Below are positions 1-13,320 of a stretch of DNA of 64,000 bases, one piece after another. Within the stretch, counting starts at the first letter, position 1. Every line of letters begins with the position of its first letter. Position numbers and translations under genes: made by a program. Below the pieces are notes generated by a model, which had not been told where the DNA came from, made no database searches, and worked only from the letters and a program-made list of their open reading frames with translations. This DNA is from Squalus acanthias (lineage: Eukaryota), in contig CM059425.1 of NCBI GenBank assembly GCA_030390025.1, positions 162,070,001 through 162,134,000 of the forward strand. The letters are read 5' to 3'.

Positions 1-108
1 GAGGGTTACGCCGATAGATTTAGATGAGGAAAAACGGGAGGAGGCTCAAGTGGAGCATAAACGCCGGCATGGACTGGTTGGGCCGAATGGCCTGTTTCTG
101 TGCCTATG
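1..108 (+). mobile_element. 3' tail of CR1-like LINE or related SINE
   Basis: gggccgaatggcctgtttctgtgc 3' motif, shared with the CR1 tails at about 12295, 31445 and 53325. Confidence 0.65.
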
Positions 109-468
109 TAATATTCTAAAATCCACCAATAGCCATTCTGGTGTAAATTGTGCAAAAGTGGAAAATCTAGATTTATTTGTATTTATATGTTTGAATACCA
201 CCAAGAAGAGCAAAATTTCATGTAATAGTGATATTCCAAACAGAAATAGATCTGCTGAAACTTTCTCCCAGAAAAATTACATCCATTATTACTTACAACT
301 ACATTAACAATATATTAATTTAACATGCAGCTGTGCTGTAAATAACAGCCCTATATATATGCAGCATTGATTATTCTTTTCTTATTAAGCAAATGCAGTT
401 AAAATACAATTAGAACACAATTGCAGAAATAGATAAGAAACAAAGAGCTACTGAATTAATTCTCACAC

Positions 469-618
469 CTCATAAAAAGATTTGGAGTCATCCCAGTGGT
501 GGCTCTGTGCATCCTGGAAAATGCTTGTAGCACAAACTCTTATGCAGTAATTGGTAACTTGAAACTGATCACTCTGATGAATTCCTGATACCGCTGAATT
601 GGCAGCAAAAACAACGGC
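469..618 (-). CDS. KIAA0825: KIAA0825 coding exon with apparent 1-nt deletion (150 nt; 151 expected)
   Basis: Reads (R)[16 protein letters not shown], then in a shifted frame [33 protein letters not shown]; human [53 protein letters not shown] acceptor, GTGTGA donor. Confidence 0.9.
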
Positions 619-1121
619 CTACTCAGAAAGAATGATCAAAGAGACAGAGATTTAAGACCTTAGCATAAGAAGACAACAATCTCCAGTGCTACAAATGTTC
701 TGATTATTAGGTATCAATCATTCATTTCCTCTCTGTGCTGAACCTAGAGCTGACGTTAGCATTCAAATCACTTTTACAAACTGTTCTTTGTTTTAAACTC
801 TTAGAAATATAGTCGTGTTTCTGGACAAATTTAAGTTCTCTTCTCACCAAAATAGTAATATCATAATAATATTTATACAATTCTCATTATTTTACTTCAA
901 TATTTTGGCCATGGTGTCAATTATTGTACACAGAAACTGCAAACTTGTTTTTGTGATTTTTTCTTAATACAGAGGTAAATAACAGCTCTATATATCAGCA
1001 GTATTGATTATTCTTTTCTTATTAAGCAGATATCATCAGATGCAGTTTGGTAACTATGAAACACAAATTTATGTAATTGATTATTTACATTTGCTTAAAT
1101 GCTTAAGTGCAGAGGACTTAC

Positions 1122-1387
1122 CTTTTGCTTGTCTCTTTCAGCAAATTCTCATATTCGGTTAAGTAATTATGGATGAATATTGCTGTGGAAAGGATAACAT
1201 ACAGGTTTTGTACTGGAACCTTGGAAGGGACCTCTTTGCTTCTCTCTTCAAGTCGAGACAGGACATCTGCAGCGACTTTAGAACAGCCATCCACAAAGTT
1301 TTCTCTCATTTCCTGAAGAAAGATCTCACTGCTTGCCAGAGCCAATGGAAGTAATGTGTCAAGTTCTTCCATGAAGTCAGAACAAAA
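1122..1387 (-). CDS. KIAA0825: KIAA0825 coding exon (266 nt, phase 0-2)
   Basis: CAG acceptor, GTAAGT donor. Reads FCSDFMEELDTLLPLALA...RLEERSKEVPSKVPVQNL...LSTA, similar to human FCSDIMEKLDTMLPLALA...RLQERAKEVPSKAPLKNL...LSTA. Confidence 0.93.
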
Positions 1388-2154
1388 CTGGGGAAGAATA
1401 AATGTAGCATCAAGTTGTTTGAAGCCTGACAAAACAATATAATTTATGTACTCCTTGGACACAATCTTGTATCAAGAAAATTATATTGTACAATAATGTA
1501 TGAGAGCTGTGATAAAATAGGTTGACTCACACTAATATAAATTGTTTTACTATAAATGCTTATTGTTGTGAAAAAGACGATTTGTGAAAGCTAAATTTAA
1601 ACTATTTCCACAAACTTGTACCCTGTTGCTGTGTATGCACTTTTATTATACGAGATTGCTCAATGGTGAATTTCAAGAACACAAATTAATGGAAAGTAAA
1701 TGTCAATAACGATTTGTAATTCGGAGTTCCCTTTTATAAAAGTTATTCTACAAATAATTATCTTGAATGTATGTGGTTACCGAAGACATACTTTATTTTT
1801 GTTACAAAGCTTAATTTGTTATATCTAATAACATGTAACAAACAATACTTCACAATCAATTACTACAGCATTTTTTAACTTGCATATAGGCATTAATGTG
1901 TTTGAATATTACTTAGCAAATTAAACCACTTTTGTACCACTAACCAGACCAGAATACCACAAGCACCTCTGTTGGAATCCTATGGGAAAGTAACAGAAAA
2001 AGTTCCCCTTTCATTTGATGGTATTAAATTATGATTTAAAGAGTGTATTCAAATTCATTTAGAAACACAAAAGTGGTCATAGGTTCGTAATAGGATTTAG
2101 AAACACAAAATATGATGAGTCAGTCGTGTATAATAGATCAACTACAAAAAGTAT

Positions 2155-3827
2155 GGCCGCGATTTTGCTGACCTCGGCAATGTCAGTGGCGGGTCCGGAC
2201 CCCACTGGTTGGCTCCATCCCGCTGCCTAAAATGAATTTACCTTGATTGGGCTTGTTAAGCCCGCGTTTCCCGGCCAAGTGGAGGAAGCAGGTCTGGTGA
2301 CATCATTTGATGACGCGTCATCAACCGGTTTCCTTAAAGGACCATGTCCAAATTTATTTTGACAGTTCTGCTGTCAGTGTTCTACAGCATTGAGGTGCTG
2401 CAAACACTGACAATCACTGCACAGAGGTGCACGGCTGCACCCAGGCTCTCCCATAACTCCCTCCATATGCTTATAGAGGGAGTCACAGCATGCAGGGAGA
2501 TCCTCTTTCCTTCCCATGAGCGGAAGAGACCTCCCCAGGAGATCAACACAGCAGAGGAGGGCACAAGCAGGGATGTGGTCAGGAGGACCTGGGTGCAGTG
2601 CCACAAGCCTTTCAATGATCTCAGTAGATCACGAAGCGTTAGTACAAAGCCCCACTCAACCTCATCCTGCTGTGTCTCTCATCACATCCCCATCACTCTG
2701 CCTTCCCTACCCTACTCCTGCACATCCTTACTCACACCAACTTACCTTGCACCTCCACCCATCCCTCTATCTATATTATCACATCCCCATCTCACTAGCT
2801 ACCCCTCACACTCACACTCATCCTAGTGCAATCATACCAACTAACAACACACAAGGGTAGCCACTTGGGTCTTTTATGCAATATTCATGTAAAGTTTCTG
2901 TTAATATGCTGTCAAACATTGAAACCTTTATTTTCAACACTTTGCGTTCTTGGACAGATTTGTGTGCACCTTTGGAAGTGGCTTAGTGAGTTGCAGTGAA
3001 TGGTGAGACATAACGGTACCCCCCGCAATGGTCATGAGTGTGAAAGGAATGGCTTGGGCATTGTAGGGATGCTTTATGGTGTTGGTGTGGGGTGGTGCCA
3101 ACCTGGTGCATCATGTGGCAGCCAGGGTGTACAGCATCAAGTGAAGTAAATCTGGCCATGGTGAGGCCATCCCTGTGCAGCATCAGAGCATCAGTTGATT
3201 ACAGAGAAGGTTGGTGTTGTCGTTGGTGCTGCTGGTGTGCCTGGTGCTGCTGGTGTTAGGGCTGATCGTGGAGGGATTCTGAGGACCAAGATGAGAGAGT
3301 ATAAAGGGCACCCATGCTAATGGAATAGATGGCAGGTAAAGTAGAGATGAAAGAAGCGATCTGTCAATGTTGAGAGAAGTAATGAGGTCAGACTGGATGG
3401 AGACGTGTGTAAAGCTTTGCAGCATGGCGAATCTGTTGTGGAAATGCAGTGAGGAAGAGCTTGTGGCTGAGGGAAGATATCTCTAAGGTGGGAGCTTTCA
3501 CTTTACATTTGAAGCTGTCAACTCAACAGCTGATTCAATGGCCACTGAACGCCCACCTCAGCTTAACAGACGTGATCCCCGGGCAGCGAGGACCCCGTGG
3601 GCGAGGACCCCGTGGGCGAGCACGTAAAATCAAAAGGTGAACTCAAATGTATTCTTAATGATCTCTAAACAAGGTCATAATTACCTGAATTGGGTGCTCC
3701 GCTGACAGACCCAACATCGGGGAAAGGTGTGTGGCGGCGGGTTCACAGCGGGGTCCCGACCCGCTGGGGGAAAAAAACACTTTCCTGCCACCAATTGCGC
3801 CCGCTGACCCCCCAGAAAATCTCGGCC
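2155..3827 (+). mobile_element. Non-autonomous PIF/Harbinger element with Myb/SANT remnant
   Basis: TIRs ggccgcgattttgctg / cagaaaatctcggcc, 3-bp TSD TAT both sides; APRLS...REILFP...RTWVQC.K.FNDL remnant. Confidence 0.8.
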
Positions 3828-4624
3828 TATGTGTTTAGGGATATGAGAATATATAAAAGGATCTCTCCACACAACCACAACGATTTGGAACCATGACTGT
3901 GATGAGTTGGTCAATCTCATTTTTGGCAGTGGCCAAGGCCAAGACTTCAGTGCACCGCATTAGGGAGAGGAAAATTATCTAAGGTTTCCTCCCTTTATCT
4001 TTATCCAGTGACCTTTTCTGGGAGTGCATGGGTGGGTGGATGCCAGCTATGGGTAGGACCAAGCTCAGCTGTGATAGCTCTCACCATCAAATAAACACCC
4101 AACAGTCACTGCCCGGGCTCACAATGAAAAATTACCTTTGGGTAAGGGCAAGGGAAGAAAATCAGAGAAAGAAATGGAAGAAAAAAGGCATAAAAACCAG
4201 AAAAATGGCTACACCTGTTACCAACAAGGCTAATTGTCTGCTGAGATGCATCTCAAAGGTATATGAACATATAAAAAGGGAAAATAAAGGTCATCAGACC
4301 CACTAATGCTCATCCTAAACATTGCATGGTGCAATATTATGCACCACTCGCTCCAAACACTAATAAAGCTAATTCCTGGTGGAGGCAATAAAAAAAAAAT
4401 GCTATGACGCCCTAGGACAATCAAGCAAGCTCTAAGAGACCACGGTTATCCATGACATATCACCAGATACAGTTAATTAACCATCCTACCATTCTTTCTC
4501 ACCCTCCCACGAAATGTCCAAATATCCTCAGGAATTTGAGACTGCACAGAGCCAAAAAACTTGACTATTTGTCAAAAAAGGTAACATTGGTGAGGCCACA
4601 TTTGGAATATTTGGGCACAGTCCT

Positions 4625-5247
4625 TGCCACCAGGGATACGGCCTTCAGCTCAGGAGCAGGAGGAGGAGGAGGAGCAAGATGAGGAGGAGGAGCAAGATGA
4701 AGAGGAGGAAGAGGAGGAGGAAGCGAAGAAAGGAGGCAACCCAGATAGCCCCTTTCTGGTCAGAATATCCGGGAGCGAAACATCCGCCTGCAGTACGAGT
4801 TAACGCAACCCCAATTCCCTATTCAACATTCGCCCCACACCTTAACTTCCCGCTGTTACTGACCATCACAGTGTCCTCGTGGCCACAATGCTGAAATAAA
4901 AGCCACCACAAAGCAAGTATTCCAATCAAACTTTATCCATCTATCCATCCAATATTACATCAAAAAATCAACTAATCACTCTTGTGCATTCCCTTAGTGA
5001 CTGTCTTGTGTGTGCCTTTGCCTATCGTAGTGCTCCTAGGCAGTGCTACCCCTGTGGCTGCAGCATGGCTGGTGGAAGCCTGCTGCCACTCAGCAGCGCA
5101 TTCAGCGCTTGGCTGCATGCCACAATCATGTAAAGTAATGGGCAGCACGAATTTTACATGCTGCCTGCAGTCCTCCGAAAGGGTGTGGGTTACTATCGCA
5201 TTGCGATCCCTGCCCCCGTTTTCGGGGGATACTGAAGTTCTAGGCTA
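4625..5247. mobile_element. Harbinger fragment (acidic transposase tail plus terminal sequence)
   Basis: GAG-rich tail followed by an aataaaagccaccacaaag block, homologous to the reverse complement of 25500-25730. Right end resembles the inverted terminus of the 14645 and 21814 family. Confidence 0.6.
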
Positions 5248-5710
5248 GATTTTGTGGTTAAGTAGTGAAGTAGTGCAGCACCCAAACCTCCTGTTTGATA
5301 GGTGACAAAATGAAGCAGCTGCTGAATGAGGTCAATGTGAAGAATACTGCCCTGTTTGACATCCTCAGAAGACAACAGTGCAGTATGCCTCACATGGGTG
5401 GTTGTCACAGTAACATTGTGCACACTACCCGCAGAACCTGGGAACAGATGCAGGTGAAGAAGGCAAGCTTTAAGAAAGCCAACGTAATATCATTTAACAG
5501 TACCATTTTCCAAGTAGATGGTCCAAGTATGCATGCTGCAAAATGTTGCCTATCAACCTGTTCCACATTTACTGTTAGACCATGTCTACTCTTCACATAA
5601 GTTTACAGCTTTCATTGCCTATCACGCATTCACATCCACCAACAGGGCACAAGCTGCAACTTACAAGAGCTGGCACACTTAAATCTTCAATGGGCTTGAC
5701 ACACAAAAAT

Positions 5711-6060
5711 TTGAACATAGCAAACTACGTAAGTATGAGGGGCGAGTTGGCTAAGGTAGATTGGGAAACTAGATTAAAAGTTATGATGGTAGAGAAGCAA
5801 TGGAAAACATTTTTTTAAATAATTCATAATTCGCAACGAATATACATTCCCCTAAGGAATAAAAACACCATGGGAAATGTGGTCCAACCGTGGCTAACAA
5901 GAGAAGTTAAAGATAGTATTAGATTAAAGGAAGAGGCTTATAATGTTGCTAAAAAGAGTAGTAGGCCTGAGGATAGGGAGGATTTTAGAATTCAGCAAAG
6001 GATGACTAACAAATTGATAAAGAGAGAAAATAGAATATGAGAGTAAACTAGCAAGAGACA
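5711..6060 (+). mobile_element. CR1 LINE ORF2 fragment, tandem with the next copy
   Basis: Near-duplicate of 6215-6565 (gagttggctaaggtagattg...QPWLTREVKDSIR). Confidence 0.8.
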
Positions 6061-6703
6061 CGACTATTTTAGATCTAGTATTGTGCCATGAGAAAGGGTT
6101 CATTAATAACCTTGTAGTAAAGGGGCTTTAGGGAAGAGTGACCATTAAATGATAGAATTTTATATTGAGTTTGAAAGTGATTTAGTTAAATCCGAAACTA
6201 GGGTCTTAAATCTAAACAAAGCAAACTACATTGGTATGAGTGGCGGGTTGGCTAAGGTAGATTGAGAAACTACATTAAAAGGTATGACGGTAGAGAAGCA
6301 ATGGTTAGCATTTAAAGAATTAATACATAATTTACAACAAATATGCCTTCCTTTAAGGCACAAAAACCCCACAGGAAAAGTGGTCCAACCGTGGCTAACA
6401 AGAGAAGTTAAAGATAGTATTAGATCAAAGGAAGAGGCTTATACTGTTACCAAAAAGAGTAGTAAGCCTGAGGATTGGGAGGATTTTAGAATTCAGCAAA
6501 GGAGGACCAAGAAATTGATAAAGAAAGGGAAAATAGAATATGAGAGTAAACTAGCGAGAGACATAAAAACAGACTGTAAAAGCTTCTATAGGTATGTAAA
6601 TAGGAAAAGATTAGCGAAAGTAAATGTGGGCCCCTTACATGCTGAGACAGGAGAAATTATAATGGGGAATAAGGAACTGGCAGAGAAATTAAACAAATAC
6701 TTT

Positions 6704-8465
6704 GGGCTGGATTTTCTCAGTGGTGTCGGGATAGCTGGTTGCCGGGTTCCGGTTCTGCTCCCAGCTGCAGCGCTATGTCAAAGGGATTTTCCCTTGATTG
6801 GCCTTATTAAGCCCGCCCTGCGGGCTTACCGGCCAATTAACAGGACGCGTGTCTGATGACATCATATGATGACGCGTCATCAGCCGGTTTCCTTAACGGG
6901 ACCATGGCCATATTGAGTTTGACAGTTGTTCTGTCAATGTGTGACAGCATTGAGGTGCTGCAAACATTGACAAGCACTGCACAAAGGTGGACGCTTGTAC
7001 CAGGCTCTCCAATGACTCCCTCCATATGGAGGGAGTCACAGCACGCAGGGAGGTTCTCTTCCCTTCCAAGGGCAGAAGAGACCTCCCCAGGACACCAATG
7101 CAGCCTGGTTGTACATTGCACAGGAGGGCAAAAGCAGGGATGTCGTCAGGGGTCCCTGGCTGCAGTGCCGCCAAACTTTCAATGATCTCAGCGGATCACG
7201 AAATGTTACTGCAAAGCCACACTCAACCTCACCCTGCTGTGCCACTCAACACATCCCCATCACTCTGTGCCTTCCATAACCTTCTCCTGCACATCCTTAC
7301 TCACACCAACTTACCTTGCACCTCCACCCATCCCTCTCTATCTACTTTATCACTTCCCCATCTCACTAGCCACCCCTCACACTCACCCTCATCCTACTTC
7401 AAGCATACCAACTAACTACACACAAGGGTAGGCACTTGAGGGGTTTAGCCAATGTCCATGTGAAGTTTATGGTAATGTGTTGTCATACAGAGAAATCTAT
7501 ATTTTCAACACTGCCCCTTATTGGACAGATTTGTGCGCACCTTGAGAAGTGACTTACTGAGTTCCAGTGAATGTTGAGACGTAACTTCCCCCACCCCCTG
7601 CTAAAGTGATGAGTGTGCATGGAATGGCTTGGACATTAAAGGGATGCTTTACAGTGCTGGTGTGGGATGGTGTCAACCTGGTGCACCATGTGGCAGCCAG
7701 GATTTACAGCGTCAAGTGAAGTTAATCTGGCCATGATGATGCCATCGCTGGCCTCCCAGGCAGCAATGTTGTCAGGGGCTGATGCCCTGTGCCTTGTGCA
7801 GCATCAGGTGATGGTGGAGAAGGTTGGTGATGTTGGTGTGTGTGCCTGGTGATGTTGGTGTTGGGGCTGTTCGTGGAAGGATTCAGAGGACCAAGGTCTG
7901 ATTTTTTCAAGGGCACCGATGTTGCTGCAAAAGATGGCAGCTGCAGATGAGATGACAAAAGTGATCTGTCAATGGTGAGAGAGGTTGTTCCAATGAGGTG
8001 GCACTGGACATACAGTTGGCTCTAAATACTTGCAAGCTAAATAAATCTCTATATGTATTACAAATGGAGTAACCAACAGTTTCTGCGCTCTGAAACTGAC
8101 CATCTGCAATATGGCAATCTTTGCTTCTGCAGCTGTCAGCTTATCAGCTACATCAGAGCAGACTCAACTCACACCAGGGTGAGCTGGTGTGTTCCCCGTG
8201 CAGCGGGTAACCCGTCGGGGAGCACATAAAATTGGAAGGAAGCCTCATAATACCATTAAATTGGCTCTTAACAAGCCATTTAATGAGCTCAATTGTCTAC
8301 CCCGTTGCTTGGTGTCGGATCAGTTCGCCGCTGACAGACCCGACACCTGGGAGACTCGCATGCAGGCGGGTTGACAGTGGGTTTCCTACCCGCTGTCAAT
8401 CTTTGCTATTTTGACAGCAGACCCACCTCCAAACCTGCCCTCTGAGTGCCGGCAAAATTCCGGCC
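6704..8465 (+). mobile_element. Non-autonomous Harbinger element inserted in CR1
   Basis: Termini gggctggattttc / aaaattccggcc; internal sequence homologous to 2155-3827; CR1 resumes at tgtgtctgtcttcac. Confidence 0.8.
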
Positions 8466-8949
8466 TGTGTGTCTGTCTTCACGGAAGAAGACGCAAAAAA
8501 CTTCCCGGAAATAGTGGAGAACCAAGGCTCTATCGAGAATGAGGAACTGAAATAAAATTAGTATTAGTAAAAAAATAGACCCTGAGAAATTAACAGGACT
8601 GATGGCCTACATCGTAGGGTTTTGAAAGAGGTGGTTATAGAGATAGTGGATGCATTGGTTGTCATTTTCCAAAATTCCACAGATTCTAGAACGGTTCCCG
8701 CGGATTGGAAGGTAGCAAATGTAACTCCACTATTTAAGAAAGGAGAGAAAACGGGGAACTACAGACCAATTAGCCTGATATCAGTAGTAGGGAAAATGCT
8801 AGAATCTATTGTTAAGGACGTGGTAACAAGGCACTTAGAAAATAATAATAGGATTGGGCAGAGTCAACACGGATTTATGAAAGGAAAATCGTGTTTGACA
8901 AATCTGTTAGAGTTTTGTGAGGTTGTAACTAGCAGAATAGATAAGGGGA

Positions 8950-10429
8950 TGTGAAGGAAATAGCCATATTCCAAGAAATACATCATCCTATAAACAGATT
9001 TGATAATATTAGAACATGACAAACTGGGGTTAAAAATCTGAAAGCCTCGGCGACACAGGCCGTAAAACTGAAATACAGGCTTATGAGATAAGATCAGTTG
9101 TTAATACAAAGCTGTGAACACAAGCTTTGAAATGGGAATTGGTTTGTAAATACAGAGACAAAGCCCCTATTGAAGAAAACCATTGGCGCTTCCAGAATGT
9201 CTAGAGTTTGGAAGAAAAACAATGGAATGACCCAAGTAAAGTGTTATAATCTAACACGTCGAACAGGTGCACAGCACATTAAAAAAACCAAGTGCCTTTG
9301 AAAAAATGACATCAAGTAAAAGAAACACCTGTCGTAAAATAGTTTTATGTTAAACTTAGAAACAGGAAAAACGATTAAATATGCAACCAATTGGGATAGC
9401 AAGAAAACAAGTAAACACCCTAAGAGAAGTGTTTTCAATTTACAAGTTGTAAAATATACCTACAGAAAGGCTTTGAAAATATAACATCAATAGATGACAT
9501 CAAGCAATTACATTGTTCTTGTATTGAAAATGGAATAGTTAGGAGACACGATGTCTGGCTTACAAGTAGTTAAGTGATATTAGAAATTCAATAGAAAGAC
9601 TTCCTAAGAATCACATCAAATAAATACTACGGTCATATTGTTTTTTATGATGGTTTTTGAAACACCTAAACAGGAGACAAGTCTAAAAGCTAACAGCTGA
9701 TATGACAATAAAGAATAGAAGAAAGTCAGCAAAGAATGACTTGAGACAATTAGCTTACAGCAGGAAAACTTCAAAGGATAAACCACCAAAACAAGATATA
9801 AAAATAAGAGCTTTTCAAATGGAAAGTCAGAAGTCGCTGGGAAGGCAAGCATTTCTCAACTTCACAAGCAAGCTCTGTAAGTTTTTAAACTTTGAGTCTC
9901 GGGAAGTCAAGGTATTTGATTTTGGTGGATATTCTGGATTAACAAATAAGTAGAAGTGTGGAAATGTAACGAAGTTAAGATTTGAGAATAAGGATCTCTG
10001 ATAAGAAATGTAAGCTATTTGTATTTTGAACGGTTAAAGTTGCGATTGCCACAACAGATGTTAACTAAATGTCGGTTCCTTAATAAATCTATACATTTTT
10101 AGAATTGTCTCAGAGTATTTCTGTATAAACTCGCAAACTCAATTTCTGTACACTCTTCAGTGAGGAGTTGCAGAATTCTGGGGGGTATTCCGGACCCTCA
10201 TAATATCCGGAAGGTTACACTCTAGTTAAACTTATTAAAAGTACTATCCGGAGGATGGTAACATCTTTAGACCATTTCTTTCCTTTAGGGAGAGACAGTC
10301 TGACCTTTAGACTCAATTAAGCGTCTTATGGGATCCGGCTATCGCTAACTTTAGTTGAAGGTGAACGTCTGGGGAATACGCCTGATCTGGGGTAGTCCGA
10401 AAGGGCTAGGACTTGTAATTATCCCTTCA
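8950..10429 (+). mobile_element. Solo LTR (1480 bp) of an LTR retrotransposon or endogenous retrovirus
   Basis: TG...CA ends (tgtgaagg / cccttca), exact 5-bp TSD GGGGA (8945-8949, 10430-10434), splits CR1 RIDKG|EPVDVVY. TATA-like tataaaa near 9797 and AATAAA at 10082 suggest + orientation. Confidence 0.8.
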
Positions 10430-11003
10430 GGGGAACCAGTGGATGTGGTGTATTTGGATTTTCAGAAGGCATTCAATAAGGTGCCACACAAGAGGTTATT
10501 AAACAAAATTAGGGCTCATGGGATTGGGGGTAATATACTAGCATGGATTGAGGATTGGTTAACGGACAGAAAACAGAGAGTAGGAATAAACGGGTAATTT
10601 TCGGGTTGGCAGGCTGTAAATACTGGGGTACCGCAAGGATCAGTGCTGGGGCCTCAGCTATTCACAATCTACATCCATGATTTGGATGAGGGGACCAAAT
10701 GTAATATATCCAAGTTTGCTGATGATACAAAGCTGGGTGGGAAAGTAAGTTGTGAGGAGGATGCAAGGAGGCTTCAAGGGGATATAGACAGGTTAAGTGA
10801 GTGGGCAAGAACATGGCAAAAGGAATATAATGTGGAGAAATGTGAAGTTTTCCACTTTGGTAGGAAAAATAGAAAAGCAGAGTATTTTTTAAATGGTGAG
10901 AGGTTGGGAAATGTTGGTGTTCAGAGGGACCAGAGTGTCCTTGTACATGAATCACTGAAAGTTAACATGCAGGTACAGCAAACAATTAGGAAAGCAAATG
11001 CTA

Positions 11004-11707
11004 TTTTTTTTTTAATTTGTTCATGGGATTTGGGCGTCGCTGGCAAGGCCAGCATTTATTGCCCATCCCTAGATGCCCTTGAGAAGGTGATGGTGAGCCG
11101 CCTTCTTGAACCGCTGCAGTCCGTGTGGTGAAGGTACTCCCACAGTGCTGTTAGGGAGGGAGTTCCAGGATTTTGACCCAGCGACGATGAAGGATCTGCG
11201 ATATACTTCCAAGTCAGGATGGTGTGTGACTTGGAGGGGAACTTGGAAGTGGTGGTGTTCCCATGCGCCTGCTGCCTTTGTCCTTCTAGGTGGTAGAGGT
11301 CGCGGGTTTGGGAAGTGCTGCCGAAGAAGCCTTGGCGAGTTGCTGCAGTGCATCTTGTAGATGGTACACACAGCAGCCACAGTACACCGGTGGTGGAGGG
11401 AGTGAATGTTTAAGGTGGTGGATGGGGTGCCAATCAAGCGGGCTGCTTTGTCGTGGATGGTGTCGAGCTTCTTGAGTGTTGTTGGAGCTGCACTCATCCA
11501 GGCAAGTGGAGAGTATTCCATCACACTCCTTACTTGTGCCTTGTAGATGGTGGAAAGGCTTTGGGGAGTCAGGAGGTGAGACACTCGCCGCAGAATACCC
11601 AGCCTCTGACCTGCTCTTGTTGCTACAGTATTTATGTGGCTGGTCCAGTTTAGTTTCTGGTCAATAGTGACCCCCAGGATATTGATGGTGGGGGATTCGG
11701 TGATGGT
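11004..11707 (-). mobile_element. 5'-truncated LINE (family B, CR1/L2/Jockey group)
   Basis: Poly(T) at left, IYKAQVRSVMEYSPLAW C-terminal region, imperfect TSD aatgcta/aatggta; same family as 33278-36529. Confidence 0.85.
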
Positions 11708-13320
11708 AATGGTATGTTGGCCTTTATTACAAGAGGATTTGAGTATAAGAGTAAATACGTCTTACTGCAATTATATAGGGCCCTGGTGAGACCACACCTG
11801 GAGTATTGGGTACAATTTTCGTCTCCTTACCTAAGGAAGTATATACTTGCCATAGAGGGAGTGCAACGAAGGTTCACCAGACTGGTTCCTGGGATGGGGG
11901 AGAAATTGAGTAGACTAGGCCTATAGTTTAGAAGAATGAGAGGTGATCTCATTGAAACATACAAAATTCTTATAGGGCTTGACAGAGTAGATGCAGGGAG
12001 AATGTTTCCCCTGGCTGCAGAGTCTAGAACTAGGGGGTCACAGTCTCAGAATAAGTAGTCGGTCATTTAGGACTGAGATGAGTAGAAATTTCTTCACTCA
12101 GAGGGTGGTCAATTTTTGGAATTCTCTACCCCAGATGGCTGTGGATGCTCGGTCGTTGAGTATATTCAAGACAGAGATCGATAGATTTTTGGATACTAAG
12201 GGAACCAAGGGATATGGGGATAGTGTGGGAAGATGGAGTTGAGGTAGAAGATCAGCCATGATCTTATTCAATGGCGGAGCAGGCTCGAAGGACGGAATGG
12301 CCTACTTCTGCTCCTGTTTCTTATGTTCTTATATTTCTATGATGCATGGTCACTTACTGACAAACAAGATGGATTACAGGATGGGCACATGGCTGCCATT
12401 TCCCTCTACTTTGGGAAATTTAACAGTGCAGTTGCATTGGACGGCTGTTCAGTGAGAAAGAAGATGAAAGGGTTGGCCATGTTGATCTATGCATCAGCCA
12501 TGTGTTTGATACATGCGTTGGCAGCACAATGGCTCATAATGCAGATGATCCTTATGCTAACCAGGAAAGATGTGAGGCAAAATTGTTGAGGAATGAGCTG
12601 ATGTTCACTGTCAACGGCAGAGGCATCCCTGTGGTGTAGGTTAGCTGCAGGTGTCCTTACAGCAGATGGCACACATCTGCAATATGCTTCATGCTGACTT
12701 GCAGCCTACAGAGCCAGTACTCTACAGTAACTGCCACATGGGTGTGCCAAGATTTGCAGATATGGTTGGTGGCATAATGATGAATCTGGTTAATTTGGCT
12801 CTGGTGTTACTGTTCTCCCTGGCATGCCTTCTTTTATTTTGTAGCATTGATCATGAGTGGTGCACATGTGTGTTGATTAACACCTTTAAAAAAGGGCTAG
12901 ATTGTTTTTGTTTAGGGATGAGATTGTGGGTTATAAGAATATATATATATCGACATAGCTGAATGCTGTGTAGAGCATGATACTCCTGAACTGAAGGAAT
13001 ATGGAAGACAATAAGGTTAGGATGCATAATACATGACGTAAAGTTAGATAGAAATTCTGAAATTTTCTTGGATTTACCTTTGGATCATGGGGAGAAACTG
13101 ACTAAAGCCCTTGAAGAGCAGACTGCATGATCTGCGGGTGGAAAGGGCTTAATAGGCCAAATGGCTTTATTGGCTTTTGTGCATTTTTACATTCTTTTGA
13201 AAATGGTAGTTATTCAAACTCTTGAATATTATGGCTGGTGTATGAACTGTTTGTGACGTGCCTCTATTATACCTCACATCTTTTACTGAGTACGTCAATA
13301 TTCCGTTATGCTGGTATTAC

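Larger units (their letters stand above)
6061..12335 (+). mobile_element. 5'-truncated CR1 LINE split by three nested insertions
   Basis: Collinear ORF2 pieces 6061-6703, 8466-8949, 10430-11003, 11708-12335: [65 protein letters not shown], then CR1 3' UTR and short tandem tail. Confidence 0.9.

Noticed and set aside
4679..4894. Arg/Lys-rich protamine-like ORF
   Set aside because: Alternative frame of the GAG-rich acidic tail of a Harbinger transposase fragment.
9244..9953. Short ORFs in the LTR as viral accessory genes
   Set aside because: At most 83 aa, AT-rich, with no recognisable motif.
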